Assembly (NCBI GenBank): GCA_032250835.1
Contig: JAVVEA010000001.1
Coordinates: forward strand, 448,001 to 512,000
Source of the DNA: a bacterium
GTDB taxonomy: Bacteria; SAR324; XYD2-FULL-50-16
Reading direction: 5' to 3'
Length of the DNA stretch: 64,000 bases
The notes beneath the pieces were generated by a model. The model did no database searches and was not told where the DNA came from. It was given only the letters and a program-made list of their open reading frames with translations. Position numbers and translations under genes: made by a program. Within the stretch, counting starts at the first letter, position 1. Each line of letters starts with the position of its first letter. Of the stretch, positions 30,344 to 40,643 are shown piece after piece.

Positions 30344-33018
30344 ATCTGGCCCGGTACAACTTTTTTTATTACGCCGTCTTGATCTTGGCTGCCGTGGGGA
30401 TTCTCGGCGCTTTGAGCATGATCCCTTCAGAAGACGAGGTGGCGTTCCTAAACTTTAAAGACAAAAACTTTAAAGACGCCTTAACCCGCTACGAAGCCCA
30501 ATACGCCGCCGGAAACCGCTCGCCTTCACTGATCGGCCCGCTCTGCGATCTTTACTTGCAGTATGGCCAAGTCAACGCAGCCATCACCGTCTTAGAAGAC
30601 AACCTCGAGCGCCTCCCCGACCAGCTGGAGGTACGGCGGCGGCTGGCCAAATATTACCAATACGCCCAGCGCCCAGCCGACTATTTGATCAACCTCGAAG
30701 CCCTCAGCCGCCTCAAACCGGACCGGGAGATTCTGCGCCAGTTAGCCCAGATCTATAACTACAACGAACAATACGACCATCAAGCCGAGACCCTGCGCCG
30801 CATTATCTCCGAATTTGAACCGACCCACGAAGACTATATAAATCTGGCCTATCTTTACGCCGCCCAAGGCAAGATCGAAGAGGCCTATCAGGTGGTGCTA
30901 GAGTTATTTGACCAACGCTTTGCCCAAGTAGAACCGGCAGAGATCGACTTCGCTTTGAGCTTAATGTTAGACCTAAACCGCCGTGATGAAGCGCTAAAAC
31001 TGGCGTTGCGGGTGATTCAAGGTAAATGGGTCGGGCAGTTAGAGCGGATCACCAACCTATTCCAGCAAAAAGGGGCCTCCAGCATTGCCTTTAAATTACT
31101 AGAACCCTTTGAAGCCCAAGAAAACCTCCCCCAGGGAATCCTCCTGGCGTTGGTTTCGATCCAGATTTCACAAAACCGCCAAGAGGTGGCACTGGAGCGC
31201 CTGCGCCAGCGCTTTGACCAAAGAAACCTGCCGGTGGCCTTGGTCGAAACCTATCTGGAATTGATCCTTGAGTTTTCAGACGCCGAGGAGTTGAGCCGTT
31301 TTATCGCCCAAGCCAATTTAACCCTGCTAGACGAGTCGCACCACTTTTTGATCGCTAAGCGTTTGGTACGCACCGGCAAATTCGGCGACGCAAGAATTTT
31401 AAAACAACGCCTAAGCAAGGAATATTTAGAAGAAAACTGGCTGGTGAGCGCTGTATTAGAAGTGGTTTCAGACGGCTATGATTCAGCGGCGACGCAGTTG
31501 GCCATCTCGCGCAACCGTAATTTGGAAGACTGGCGGCGTTTGTTCTTGGCCCGGGTTTATCACGAATTGGACCTGCCCGAATTGTCCAAGGATCTGTTGA
31601 TTCAAGTGCGCAAGTTGTCTAGCGTACGGCACCTGAGCATGAACGAGGTAACGGAGATGTATCTCTACCACGACCTCACCCCGCTAGCTTATCAATTATT
31701 GAACCAGGAAAAAAAGCGGGTCGCCGGGCAGGAACTCTCTTACCAGTTGCCGGTGCTCTACGCCTGGATGAGTATTTTAGGGGCCATGGGCCGCAGCGAA
31801 GAAATATTGGCGGAATTAAGACAAATCGAAAACCCACCGGCCGATCTCTTCCGCCAGTTATACTTTATCGGCGTGCGGTTCCAACAACACCCCCTGGCTC
31901 TTGATGCTGCCCGTAGCTTCGAGGCGCTAGAAAAGAGTCCTGAAGCCACCGGCTACCTAGCCAATGCGCTGGCCTTAAACGAACAGTATGAAGAGGCCAT
32001 GCCTCTGTTGAGCGGGCTTTATGTCAGCAACCCCGTGGAATGGATGGACCCCTATGCCAAAGGGCTCTGGGCTTTGGGCCGAAGGCAAGAATGGCTGGAT
32101 CTTTGGTTAAATGAACTGAACCAGCCGGGCGTCACCGACCCCCGGCGGGTGCAGATCGCCTTCAACTTATTGGATAAAAATTACAAACAAGAGGCCGAAG
32201 CGATCTTCTTGACCCAAGCTCAAAACCAAGGCCCCACCGGTCCAGCGGTGCAGCAGTTGCTTTTCCTTTGGGGCCTGCGCCCCGAGCCGGGCCAGATCGA
32301 GTGGTTGCAGCGCCGGGCAGATGCCGCGAGCGGCACCGAGCAAGCAGGCTGGTACCGACGTTTGGTTGAGGTCGGTGAAGGGGCGCGGTTAGCGGAGCTC
32401 GTCGAGGCGAACCAACCCTGGAGCAACCAACCCCTAATCGATCTGTATCTAGAATACCTGGGCAACCAACGCGACCGCACGGATTTCTACCGACAGCTTT
32501 CCAAGGCCATTGAGTTGGAAACGAATTTGGAGCGCTTAAAAAAATTGGCCCGCATGGCCGGGAACCAACCGCTGGCTGAAGCGGCGTTCAAGAAGCTCCT
32601 GGCCGCCTTGCCGAGCGATAAAGAGGCCTCGGCCCAACGGGGCATCACCGCCTTTTTGCAGGGTAAATTCAGTAGTGCTGAAGGTTACCTAAGCGACGCA
32701 ATCGACCAGGGCATAGTGGACGCCGAAGTTTATTACTATTACGGTCAACTGCTGTTGCGCAAAGACGACCCCAAGGGCAAAGATTGGCTACGCCAAGCGA
32801 TGGCTCTCTTTGAAGTGAGCGGTAAAACCGGCATCGAGGTCCAATTGTTTCGGGCTCAAATCCTTTGGGATCTCGGGGAGCGCAAACAATGCATCGCGAT
32901 TTATCGTCAGTTGATCCAGGCATATCCCTTGGAAATCGGGCTTAAGGCCGACTTGGCCAACCGCTTGATCGAAATGGGGCGTATCGGGGAAGCAGAGGAG
33001 TTGATTGGTGGTAAATAA
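30340..33018 (+). CDS. pelB: PelB-like TPR scaffold with an N-terminal membrane anchor and no barrel
   Basis: N-terminal hydrophobic helix followed by about 850 aa of TPR-like repeats; position after pelA. Confidence 0.7.
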   Translation: MNLARYNFFYYAVLILAAVGILGALSMIPSEDEVAFLNFKDKNFKDALTRYEAQYAAGNRSPSLIGPLCDLYLQYGQVNAAITVLEDNLERLPDQLEVRRRLAKYYQYAQRPADYLINLEALSRLKPDREILRQLAQIYNYNEQYDHQAETLRRIISEFEPTHEDYINLAYLYAAQGKIEEAYQVVLELFDQRFAQVEPAEIDFALSLMLDLNRRDEALKLALRVIQGKWVGQLERITNLFQQKGASSIAFKLLEPFEAQENLPQGILLALVSIQISQNRQEVALERLRQRFDQRNLPVALVETYLELILEFSDAEELSRFIAQANLTLLDESHHFLIAKRLVRTGKFGDARILKQRLSKEYLEENWLVSAVLEVVSDGYDSAATQLAISRNRNLEDWRRLFLARVYHELDLPELSKDLLIQVRKLSSVRHLSMNEVTEMYLYHDLTPLAYQLLNQEKKRVAGQELSYQLPVLYAWMSILGAMGRSEEILAELRQIENPPADLFRQLYFIGVRFQQHPLALDAARSFEALEKSPEATGYLANALALNEQYEEAMPLLSGLYVSNPVEWMDPYAKGLWALGRRQEWLDLWLNELNQPGVTDPRRVQIAFNLLDKNYKQEAEAIFLTQAQNQGPTGPAVQQLLFLWGLRPEPGQIEWLQRRADAASGTEQAGWYRRLVEVGEGARLAELVEANQPWSNQPLIDLYLEYLGNQRDRTDFYRQLSKAIELETNLERLKKLARMAGNQPLAEAAFKKLLAALPSDKEASAQRGITAFLQGKFSSAEGYLSDAIDQGIVDAEVYYYYGQLLLRKDDPKGKDWLRQAMALFEVSGKTGIEVQLFRAQILWDLGERKQCIAIYRQLIQAYPLEIGLKADLANRLIEMGRIGEAEELIGGK

Positions 33019-34537
33019 AGCACTGTTTTTATTGTTGTGTTGCTGGAGCTTTTGGGGCTCGCTGCCGGTCTACGCCTTGGAGGTGGAGATTCTCTGGGAC
33101 CGCAAGCCTGAGTACCTGGACCTGACCTTAAAATGGAGCGAGCCGAGCGAGCCGAGTGTCTCTTATGACCGGCAAAACAACGAACTCCTGATCCGTTTCC
33201 CCGAAGGGATCAGCATGCCGGGGCTGCCGAGTGCGGAGCCGATCATGCAAGGCTGGGCCGAGGTGATCAGCCTCAGCTTCGACGCCCTCTTCATCAAACT
33301 ACATCCAGACCTCAAGGCCCAAGTTTCCCCTTCGGCGCAGCAACTGACGATCCGCTTAGAAAACCCTTACGCCGGTCGGGTTCCCTTGGATCAAAACACC
33401 TTGGCTTACCGTCTGGTGCAGACCCGGCTTTGGATGCGTCAGGGCCGGGTGTTGGAGTCTATGCACCGGCTAGAAGAGCTGCGTAAAAACAACCCTAAGT
33501 CCGTCTCCGTCCTGACTAGTTTGGTGGAAGCCCATCTGCTGCTGGGCAATTGGGCTAAAGCGTTGGAGATGGCCGAAGCGGCCATTGACGAAGACCCCTT
33601 AAACGAAGGGCTCTGGGACCTCAGGCGAGAGATTCTGCAACAACGAGGCAATGAAATCACTCTAACCGCACGTAGGCGTTGGAGCGACGGACTGTTTACC
33701 GAAAACATCCGCGAAGCCAGTTTAAACCTTCGTTTCTTCGAATATCTTTACTTAGGTGTTCAAACCGAAGAAAACCGGTATAATCTGCAGCAGTTGCGCC
33801 CTATCGCTCCCCTGGTGCCTGCTGCCGCCCAAGGGAGCCAGAGGCGCAACACCATCTACCTAGGGATGGACCTACCCTTTAATGTGAGTCTCAAAGGGGC
33901 CCAACAGACCCAAGAGGAATTGACGGGCCAGCAAGTTAGTCTGTACCTTTATGACCTGCTAGGCGAAACCCGACTGATCAGCGAGCAGACCCTGCCTTAC
34001 TGGGGCATCCAAGAAGGACTCTTGGGCAACAGCAGCCGCAGCCAAACTAGGCTGGAACGGGTCCTTAGACTGGGGCCAAGCTTTGAGATGATGTTAGCCC
34101 TTAGCGCTCGGGACTACGCCCTGATTGGTGATAATCTAGCCTCAAGCAGCGCGGTAGACGGGTATGCTCGCTATAGCTGGCGCAACCCTCGGGGGTTGGT
34201 CGAAGCAGTGCAAAGCAATGCGCGGCTTGAATTTGAAATCGATTGGGTTCAAGAAACCGCCCACAGCGTCCAGGTCCAATTGGACAGTTTCGCCAAGGCC
34301 TTTGACCAGAAATCGGTGATGCTCAAAGGGTTGATATCGGTCAGTTGGCTTGACGAACTCACCACCCAGGCCTATTTGGGGTATGGCATCAACCTATTGG
34401 CCACCAACGCCCCGCTGGCTGGATTTGACATCTTTACCATACCCTTTAAGCGAGGCGAATTGAATCTGGGCTATAACCGCTACATCGACCGACAGATAAC
34501 TTCAGAAGCTTATTTAACGGCAAGATGGAAGTTTTAG
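33005..34537 (+). CDS. PelB-like outer-membrane porin: periplasmic N-domain, short TPR and beta-barrel
   Basis: Signal peptide VYA|LE; TPR (VSVLTSLVEAHLLLGNW..A); amphipathic strands ending YLTARWKF; start may be GTG 33008. Confidence 0.65.
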   Translation: MVVNKALFLLLCCWSFWGSLPVYALEVEILWDRKPEYLDLTLKWSEPSEPSVSYDRQNNELLIRFPEGISMPGLPSAEPIMQGWAEVISLSFDALFIKLHPDLKAQVSPSAQQLTIRLENPYAGRVPLDQNTLAYRLVQTRLWMRQGRVLESMHRLEELRKNNPKSVSVLTSLVEAHLLLGNWAKALEMAEAAIDEDPLNEGLWDLRREILQQRGNEITLTARRRWSDGLFTENIREASLNLRFFEYLYLGVQTEENRYNLQQLRPIAPLVPAAAQGSQRRNTIYLGMDLPFNVSLKGAQQTQEELTGQQVSLYLYDLLGETRLISEQTLPYWGIQEGLLGNSSRSQTRLERVLRLGPSFEMMLALSARDYALIGDNLASSSAVDGYARYSWRNPRGLVEAVQSNARLEFEIDWVQETAHSVQVQLDSFAKAFDQKSVMLKGLISVSWLDELTTQAYLGYGINLLATNAPLAGFDIFTIPFKRGELNLGYNRYIDRQITSEAYLTARWKF

Positions 34538-35898
34538 AGCAACCCAAAAGGACAGCGCGCCGCCGCAACCGCCTCAATCTCTGGGACCGGCTGATGGCGC
34601 GTCCGCGCCTGTCGGCCTTTTTAGAGATTTTACTCTTTTTGGGTTTGGCGCTGCTGTTTGATTACCTGGCCGGAGCCGGTGAGCGCTTTTGGAATGTGAG
34701 CCCACACCCCTTTTGGATCATTATCCTCTTAATCGCCATCCAATACGGCACCAATGAGGGATTTTTGGCGGTAATCGCCGCCAGTGTAGCTCTGCTCGCC
34801 TGGAATCTGCCGCCCCAATCGATCGACGAAAGCATCTACGACTACTTGATTCAAGTGGTCTACCGCCCGATGTTGTGGGTGATCGCGACGGTAGTGGTCG
34901 GTGAGATGACCTTCCGCTTGCGTGAAACGAACCGAGAGTTGGCTCAAGACCTACACCAAATCCGCCAGCGAGAGGCGGCCATCACCAAAGCCTATTCACA
35001 CCTAAAGCAAATCAAAGAAACCATGGAAACGCGGCTGGTCGGCCAGTTGCGTAGCTCCATCGACAGTTTTAACGCCGTTAAAGCCGTCGACAACCTCAAC
35101 CCGGTCCAACTGCTTAAGGGCATCGGCGAAGTGGTCCGCACCATCACCGGACCCGAACAATTTTCGGTTTACATCTTCAGCCCCAACGGCTTTGAAATGA
35201 TCTCCCAAAAGGGCTGGGCCGATGATAACGAGTACGCCCACCGCATCTTCCCCGACAGCCCGCTGTTTCAGGCCCTGGCCGGTGGCCAGCGGGTGGTCTG
35301 CGTCATCAATAAAGGCGACGCCGAATTGCTCGACCAAGAAGGCATCATGGCGGGTCCGCTGATCGACCCGGTCAACAACACAGTTTTTGGGATGATCAAG
35401 ATCGAGCGGCTCGACTTTTTGGCACTCAACCAAACCAACTTAGAAACCTTTAAAATGATGTTAGAATGGGCCGGGGCCACCTTTGCCCAAGCCCGCCAAT
35501 ACCAAAAAGCTTACGCCAACCTGATGCACAGCCCCAAGTCAGGCGCGCTTTCGACCAATTTCTACAAATATTACCGAGCCTATCTCGAGCGGGTCGCCCG
35601 CATGCATCAGGTGTCCTTTTTTCATCTTGAGATCAGACTTGAGGACCGGGAACTGGTAGAAACGGCGGTGCGGGTCCGTTTTGGGCGGCAGTTGGTCGAA
35701 TATGCCAAAGATAGCCTACCTAGGGACCTTTTGTTGTTTGTCATGAAACGCAACCACAGCCAATTTGCCCTGATCCCCATGGGGGCTGATCAGGATGAAA
35801 TCGAGCAGATTGAAGAATCGCTGCGGACCTTCGTGACCGCCGTTGCGCCTAGTTTTCCTGACCTAACATTTCAGGTCCACCAAGAGCAAATCGGATGA
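34525..35898 (+). CDS. pelD: PelD-like inner-membrane protein (4TM, coiled coil, GAF, degenerate GGDEF)
   Basis: PHPFWIIILLIAIQYGTNEG; GAF with AGPL..FGMIKIE..F..LN; GGDEF-like fold without the motif. Confidence 0.82.
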   Translation: MEVLEQPKRTARRRNRLNLWDRLMARPRLSAFLEILLFLGLALLFDYLAGAGERFWNVSPHPFWIIILLIAIQYGTNEGFLAVIAASVALLAWNLPPQSIDESIYDYLIQVVYRPMLWVIATVVVGEMTFRLRETNRELAQDLHQIRQREAAITKAYSHLKQIKETMETRLVGQLRSSIDSFNAVKAVDNLNPVQLLKGIGEVVRTITGPEQFSVYIFSPNGFEMISQKGWADDNEYAHRIFPDSPLFQALAGGQRVVCVINKGDAELLDQEGIMAGPLIDPVNNTVFGMIKIERLDFLALNQTNLETFKMMLEWAGATFAQARQYQKAYANLMHSPKSGALSTNFYKYYRAYLERVARMHQVSFFHLEIRLEDRELVETAVRVRFGRQLVEYAKDSLPRDLLLFVMKRNHSQFALIPMGADQDEIEQIEESLRTFVTAVAPSFPDLTFQVHQEQIG

Positions 35899-37058
35899 GC
35901 GCCACCGACCCCCAACAAAACGAAGCCTTGGGTCTTGCCTTCGGGTTAGACGAAGAGGGCAATAACCTGCTGGCCTTGAGGTTACGCAAGCGAGATTGGG
36001 CCCTGCATCTGGGCTTGATCCTGCCGGCCTTGGCGGTGGAGTGGATCGCTTCGTTGAGTTTCTTAGACCGGATAATCAGCCTCCAAAACCTTTTGTGGGT
36101 TCATGGAGCAGTGGTGGCTGTGATCTTGGGGGTTTTTCTTTGGACTCAAAAACATGACTACGACCCTATTTTCTTGTTGCTGTTGTTGATTTTCACCGCC
36201 TCCATGGGGCCCTTTGGGCCCATGATCATTCTGCTCTCTTTTATTGTTTTTTGGCGCTATAGTAAGGAACGGCGGAGCTTTGCCGATTGGTTCGCTTCTC
36301 TTTTTCCCGAAGAAGACTTAGACGAAACCGAGGAATTGTTCCAGCGCATCCTCTCGGGCCGTGACGACTTGAGCGAAAAGGGCGGGATCATGAGTTTTCA
36401 GGATGTTTTTGTGGTCGGGACCTTGGCCCAAAAGCGGCTGGCACTCACCAAAATCGCCAAGCACTTCCGCAAAGACTTCGCCCCAGCCCTGAGGATGGCG
36501 TTAACCGACGAATCCAACGCCATCCGGGTTCAGGCGGCAACGGTGGCCGCCCGGATCGAGCAGAGCTTTGTCTCCGATTTGATGCGCTTGACACAACAAC
36601 ACAAAAAGCAACCGACCGATGCGGAGGTCTTGCTGCAATTAGCGCGGCAAACAGACAATTATTCTTATTCGGGCATCTTGGATGGCGAACGTCTAGAAGA
36701 CATGATCCAACTGACCATAACCTATTATCAAGGCTACCTGGAACTACGCCCTGAAGACTACCAGACTCGTTTTATTTTGGGCCGGATTTTACTGCACCAC
36801 AATCAGGCCGAAGAGGCTCAAAATGCCTTTTGGGCCTGCATCAATGAAGGCGGCATGGACCAACCTTCGGTGCATGTCTGGTACCTTCAGGCCCTATTCC
36901 AGCTGCGCGATTTTTGGGCGATCCATGAATACATGGAAAATTACCAGATGCCGGTGGTGGAACCGGGGAGTATGGCCTCCCTGGCCGCTGAGTTTGGCCT
37001 GCTGGAGTTCTGGAAGAAAGGGGCCAGCGCAAAAGAATTGAAGTTGGAGATGCAATGA
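35895..37058 (+). CDS. pelE: PelE-like membrane protein with HEAT/TPR repeats
   Basis: N-terminal TM helices; ALRMALTDESNAIRVQAAT; YSYSGILDG; lies between pelD and pelF. Confidence 0.8.
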   Translation: MSATDPQQNEALGLAFGLDEEGNNLLALRLRKRDWALHLGLILPALAVEWIASLSFLDRIISLQNLLWVHGAVVAVILGVFLWTQKHDYDPIFLLLLLIFTASMGPFGPMIILLSFIVFWRYSKERRSFADWFASLFPEEDLDETEELFQRILSGRDDLSEKGGIMSFQDVFVVGTLAQKRLALTKIAKHFRKDFAPALRMALTDESNAIRVQAATVAARIEQSFVSDLMRLTQQHKKQPTDAEVLLQLARQTDNYSYSGILDGERLEDMIQLTITYYQGYLELRPEDYQTRFILGRILLHHNQAEEAQNAFWACINEGGMDQPSVHVWYLQALFQLRDFWAIHEYMENYQMPVVEPGSMASLAAEFGLLEFWKKGASAKELKLEMQ

Positions 37059-38590
37059 ACTCCGACATCTGTTTGATTTTAGAGGGGACCTACCCTTACG
37101 TTTCTGGTGGAGTTTCGGGCTGGACCCATGAATTGATCAAAGAGCAACCAGACAAAAAATTCTCGCTTTTTTGTCTGGTTCCACCGGGCTCCTTAAAGAA
37201 ACTCAAACACAAATATGAGGTGCCGCCCAATGTGGTGGAGATCGTTAACGTGGAATTGCAGCATCTACCACTTTACAAGAAATCTATCTCTAAGCTAGAA
37301 CGCCGCCGCTTGATGAAACGCTTGCATGAACCTTTGATGAAGCTGCAAACCAACGCGTCTTTAGAGGACTTAGAACATTTACTGGGGCTTTTAAAGGCCT
37401 CAGGAAAGAAGCTGGGGCGCGAGACCTTAACGGATTCTAAAGAAGCCTTCGGGTTGCTCTGCGACATGTATGAAGAAGCCCTGCCGACCAGTAGCTTTTT
37501 GGACTATTTCTGGTCCTGGCGAGCTTTGCTGGGCGGGCTCTTTTCGGTGCTTACCTGCGACTACCCGCAAGCCGCCTGTTATCACTCCCTTTGCACCGGC
37601 TACGCAGGATTATTTATGGCCCGCGTTTCGCTCGAAACCAAACGCCCCACGCTGCTGGCCGAGCATGGAATCTACACCAACGAGCGCCGGATTGAAATCG
37701 GCACCGCCGAATGGCTGGATGACCAGCAATCCTTAAACCTCAACGTAGACCTGCGCGCGACCCGCAAAAGCTTGCGGGATTTTTGGATCGATAGCTTTAT
37801 TGGCTATTCGCGCCTCGCTTACCAAGTCGCTGAATGGAGCATTACCCTTTACGAGGGGAACAAGGAACTGCAATTAGACGACGGGGCGGACCCCAAGTAT
37901 TTAAAGGTAATCCCCAATGGGATCGACTTTGAAACCTACAGCAAAATCCCGCGCAAAAGCGAAGGACGCCCAACGGTTGGCTTTATTGGACGGGTGGTAC
38001 CGATCAAAGACCTCAAGACGCTGATCCGTGCTTGTGGCTTTCTGCGAGAATCGGTGCCGGATGTGCAAGTTTGGATCATGGGACCGACCGAAGAGGATGC
38101 GGAATATTACGAGGAATGCCTAGACTTAGTGCAGCATGGCGGGCTTGAAGAGGTTGTCCGTTTTTTAGGAAAAGTCAACATCAAGGAATATTTAGGCCAA
38201 ATTGACGTGTTGGTCTTAACCAGCCTTTCAGAAGCCCAGCCCTTGGTGATCTTGGAGGCTGGCGGGGTGGGGGTGCCTTCGGTGGCTACCGATGTAGGTT
38301 CTTGTAGCGAGTTGATCTTCGGCAGCCCCACCGAAGACCCACCGATCGGACCGGGCGGTGCCATCTGCCCATTGGCTTCGCCCACGGCCGTCGCCGAGGC
38401 TCTGGCCAAGTTGCTCAATGACCGAAAGGTTTATGAACGCTGTAGCCGAGCGATTAAAGAACGAGTGGACCGGTACTACCGCAAAGAGTTACAGCACCAA
38501 GCCTACCGCGAGATGTACGAACAATTGATAGCCCAGCCCAAGGTGGATACCTTGGCCCGGATGGGTGCTCGAATGCCCGTGGAGGACTGA
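37055..38590 (+). CDS. pelF: PelF GT4 glycosyltransferase
   Basis: LEGTYPYVSGGVSGW, CTGYAG, EHGIYTNER, IPNGID, GRVVPIKD, SEAQPLVILEA, TDVGSCSE. Confidence 0.96.
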   Translation: MNSDICLILEGTYPYVSGGVSGWTHELIKEQPDKKFSLFCLVPPGSLKKLKHKYEVPPNVVEIVNVELQHLPLYKKSISKLERRRLMKRLHEPLMKLQTNASLEDLEHLLGLLKASGKKLGRETLTDSKEAFGLLCDMYEEALPTSSFLDYFWSWRALLGGLFSVLTCDYPQAACYHSLCTGYAGLFMARVSLETKRPTLLAEHGIYTNERRIEIGTAEWLDDQQSLNLNVDLRATRKSLRDFWIDSFIGYSRLAYQVAEWSITLYEGNKELQLDDGADPKYLKVIPNGIDFETYSKIPRKSEGRPTVGFIGRVVPIKDLKTLIRACGFLRESVPDVQVWIMGPTEEDAEYYEECLDLVQHGGLEEVVRFLGKVNIKEYLGQIDVLVLTSLSEAQPLVILEAGGVGVPSVATDVGSCSELIFGSPTEDPPIGPGGAICPLASPTAVAEALAKLLNDRKVYERCSRAIKERVDRYYRKELQHQAYREMYEQLIAQPKVDTLARMGARMPVED

Positions 38591-39975
38591 TGGCAGGGAT
38601 CGGCTTTGTTCTAAGACGCTTGAGCCGCCAAGACAATCTTTTGGGCTTGATGCAGGCCTATGTCTATTCGGCGCTCATCTCTACCGGTCCTTGGATGTTC
38701 ACCATCCTCTCTTTGGGCTCGATCACTTTCTTGGCCGGAAAATTCACCAGCATCGACGTGCTCTCAGAATTCCGGCGGGTGATCATCTACAACTTCGCCT
38801 TTTCGCTGGTCTTCAGTGCGCCGATCTTTATGGTGGTGACCCGCTATTTGGCCGATGCAATCTATGCCAAGGACGTCAAACGTACGCCCGGACTGCTGAT
38901 CGGCGGGACGCTGCTGATGTTTGGGACCCAACTTCCGCCGGTATTGATCTTCTATTTCGGCTACGCCAACATCAACCCGGCGCTGGCCTTTGCCGCAACC
39001 ATCAATTTTTTGCTGATTTCCGAAATCTGGCTGATCAGTGTGTTTGTTACGGCCCTAAAGGACTACAAAACCGTAACCCTGGCCTTCGGGTTAGGCATGG
39101 GGTTCTCGGCGCTCTCGTCGGCCTTCTTGGTCGAAACTTTGGGGCTGATCGGGTTGTTGACCTCCTTTAGCTTAGGCTTGTGTATCATCATCGCCCTTTT
39201 GGTGGCGCGGATTTTAGCCGAGTATCCCTACCGATTCGAAAAACCTTTCGACTTTATCCAGTACTTCCCGCGCTACTGGGAGGTAGCTGCGGCCGGGGTG
39301 ACTTACAATAGCGCTAGTTGGGTTGATAAATGGATCATGTGGTTTGCGCCCGAGGGGGACCACTCCCCGACGGGCCTCTTTTTGTATCCCAACTACGACA
39401 GCGCCATGTTTTTGGCCTACCTGAGCATCGTCCCCTCGATGGCCATGTTCATCATGAGTGTGGAAACCAGCTTTTTTGAAGCTTACCTGCGTTTCTACCG
39501 GGACATCCAAAACAAAGCGCCGCTATCCCAGATCCGCCGCAACCACAAAGCCATTCTGGATTCGCTGATCAAGAGCGCTCGGAACTTTTTGGTGATCCAA
39601 GGCAGCGTTTCGGTGATTTGCATCTTACTGGCCAGCAAAATATTCCTGAGCATGGGGATCAACTTCATGCAGATCAGTATCTTCCGATTTGGCGTTTTGG
39701 GTAGTTTCTTTCAGGTCTTGACCCTCTTTGTGAACATCGTGCTCTCTTACTTCGACTGCCGGTCGGCTTACCTAAAGTTGCAGGGCTTTTTCCTGGTCAG
39801 TAACGGGGTCTTTACGGTCCTTTTCTTGATGGGGGGCTTTAGGTTTTACGGCATGGGGTTCTTTTTCGCCTCGGTGGCTACCTTCGTGGTTTCCGCCAGT
39901 TACATGATGTATTATCTTTTACGTTTGCCCTACCACACCTTTGTGACCACTAACGCCTCGGTCAACTCAGACTAG
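38590..39975 (+). CDS. pelG: PelG polysaccharide export membrane protein
   Basis: MAGIGFVLRRL, STGPW, TRYLADAIY, WVDKWIMW, YDSAMFLAYLSIVP, ETSFFEAY. Confidence 0.96.
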   Translation: MAGIGFVLRRLSRQDNLLGLMQAYVYSALISTGPWMFTILSLGSITFLAGKFTSIDVLSEFRRVIIYNFAFSLVFSAPIFMVVTRYLADAIYAKDVKRTPGLLIGGTLLMFGTQLPPVLIFYFGYANINPALAFAATINFLLISEIWLISVFVTALKDYKTVTLAFGLGMGFSALSSAFLVETLGLIGLLTSFSLGLCIIIALLVARILAEYPYRFEKPFDFIQYFPRYWEVAAAGVTYNSASWVDKWIMWFAPEGDHSPTGLFLYPNYDSAMFLAYLSIVPSMAMFIMSVETSFFEAYLRFYRDIQNKAPLSQIRRNHKAILDSLIKSARNFLVIQGSVSVICILLASKIFLSMGINFMQISIFRFGVLGSFFQVLTLFVNIVLSYFDCRSAYLKLQGFFLVSNGVFTVLFLMGGFRFYGMGFFFASVATFVVSASYMMYYLLRLPYHTFVTTNASVNSD

Positions 39976-40154
39976 GCTTGTGGTTTGCATCTCTCCTTCC
40001 GCACAGTAAGCGGCTTTAGGGAAGAAACCTTAAGCAAACTTTCAGCTTGCTTTCTGTCGATCAGCCTTTAGTATAGATCAGACTAGTCCCCTCAGAAAAA
40101 TAGGGAACTGACTTGGGGCGTAGAGGGTTTGTGAACCTACCTATTGGTCATTCT

Positions 40155-40526
40155 ATGGAGCAACGGCGCAACTCGCGGATCCAAAAGCAATTCGCCGCCC
40201 TGCTGGAGAATTTAGATACCGCAGAGAGCACCACCGGACGGATTGAGGACATCTCCGCCAACGGCGTTCGCGTAACTTTGTCCGAAGAAAACTTCGCCCA
40301 AGAAGGCCACCATATGCGGGTGTCCTTTGAATGCGAAGAACTGCACTTTGAAGAAAACGTGGTGTTGGAGGTCTTTGTGCGCAGCATCTGGACCGACAAA
40401 GCAGGCGACACCAACCTAGGCCTTCAGGCCGAAGAAAATGCCAAAGGCCTCAAGCGACTTGAAGAAACTTGGCTGGCCTTGATGTTTGATGAGATCCACA
40501 AAGACGACGATATTTCCTACTTTTAA
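40155..40526 (+). CDS. PilZ domain protein
   Basis: EQRRNSR (RxxxR) and DISANG (DxSxxG); start moved to ATG 40155. Confidence 0.88.
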   Translation: MEQRRNSRIQKQFAALLENLDTAESTTGRIEDISANGVRVTLSEENFAQEGHHMRVSFECEELHFEENVVLEVFVRSIWTDKAGDTNLGLQAEENAKGLKRLEETWLALMFDEIHKDDDISYF

Positions 40527-40556
40527 GTCCCATCCCCCGAAGCCTTCCGCTTAGTC

Positions 40557-40586
40557 TTGCATCAGACCTTCGCGCTTTGGTATAAT
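40557..40586 (+). promoter_or_regulatory. Extended -10 sigma70 promoter of the usp gene
   Basis: TTGCAT-N18-TATAAT with TGn; AGGAGG RBS downstream. Confidence 0.65.
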
Positions 40587-40643
40587 ATGTCAAAGCCAAG
40601 AGCCTTTTGGTTCTGCAAACCATACCCTTGTTAAGGAGGCCCC

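Noticed and set aside
38565-39170. 201-aa alternative-frame ORF over pelG, and the many other short antisense ORFs in the track
   Set aside because: They overlap well-supported genes and show no motifs or RBS; such shadows are expected at this GC content.
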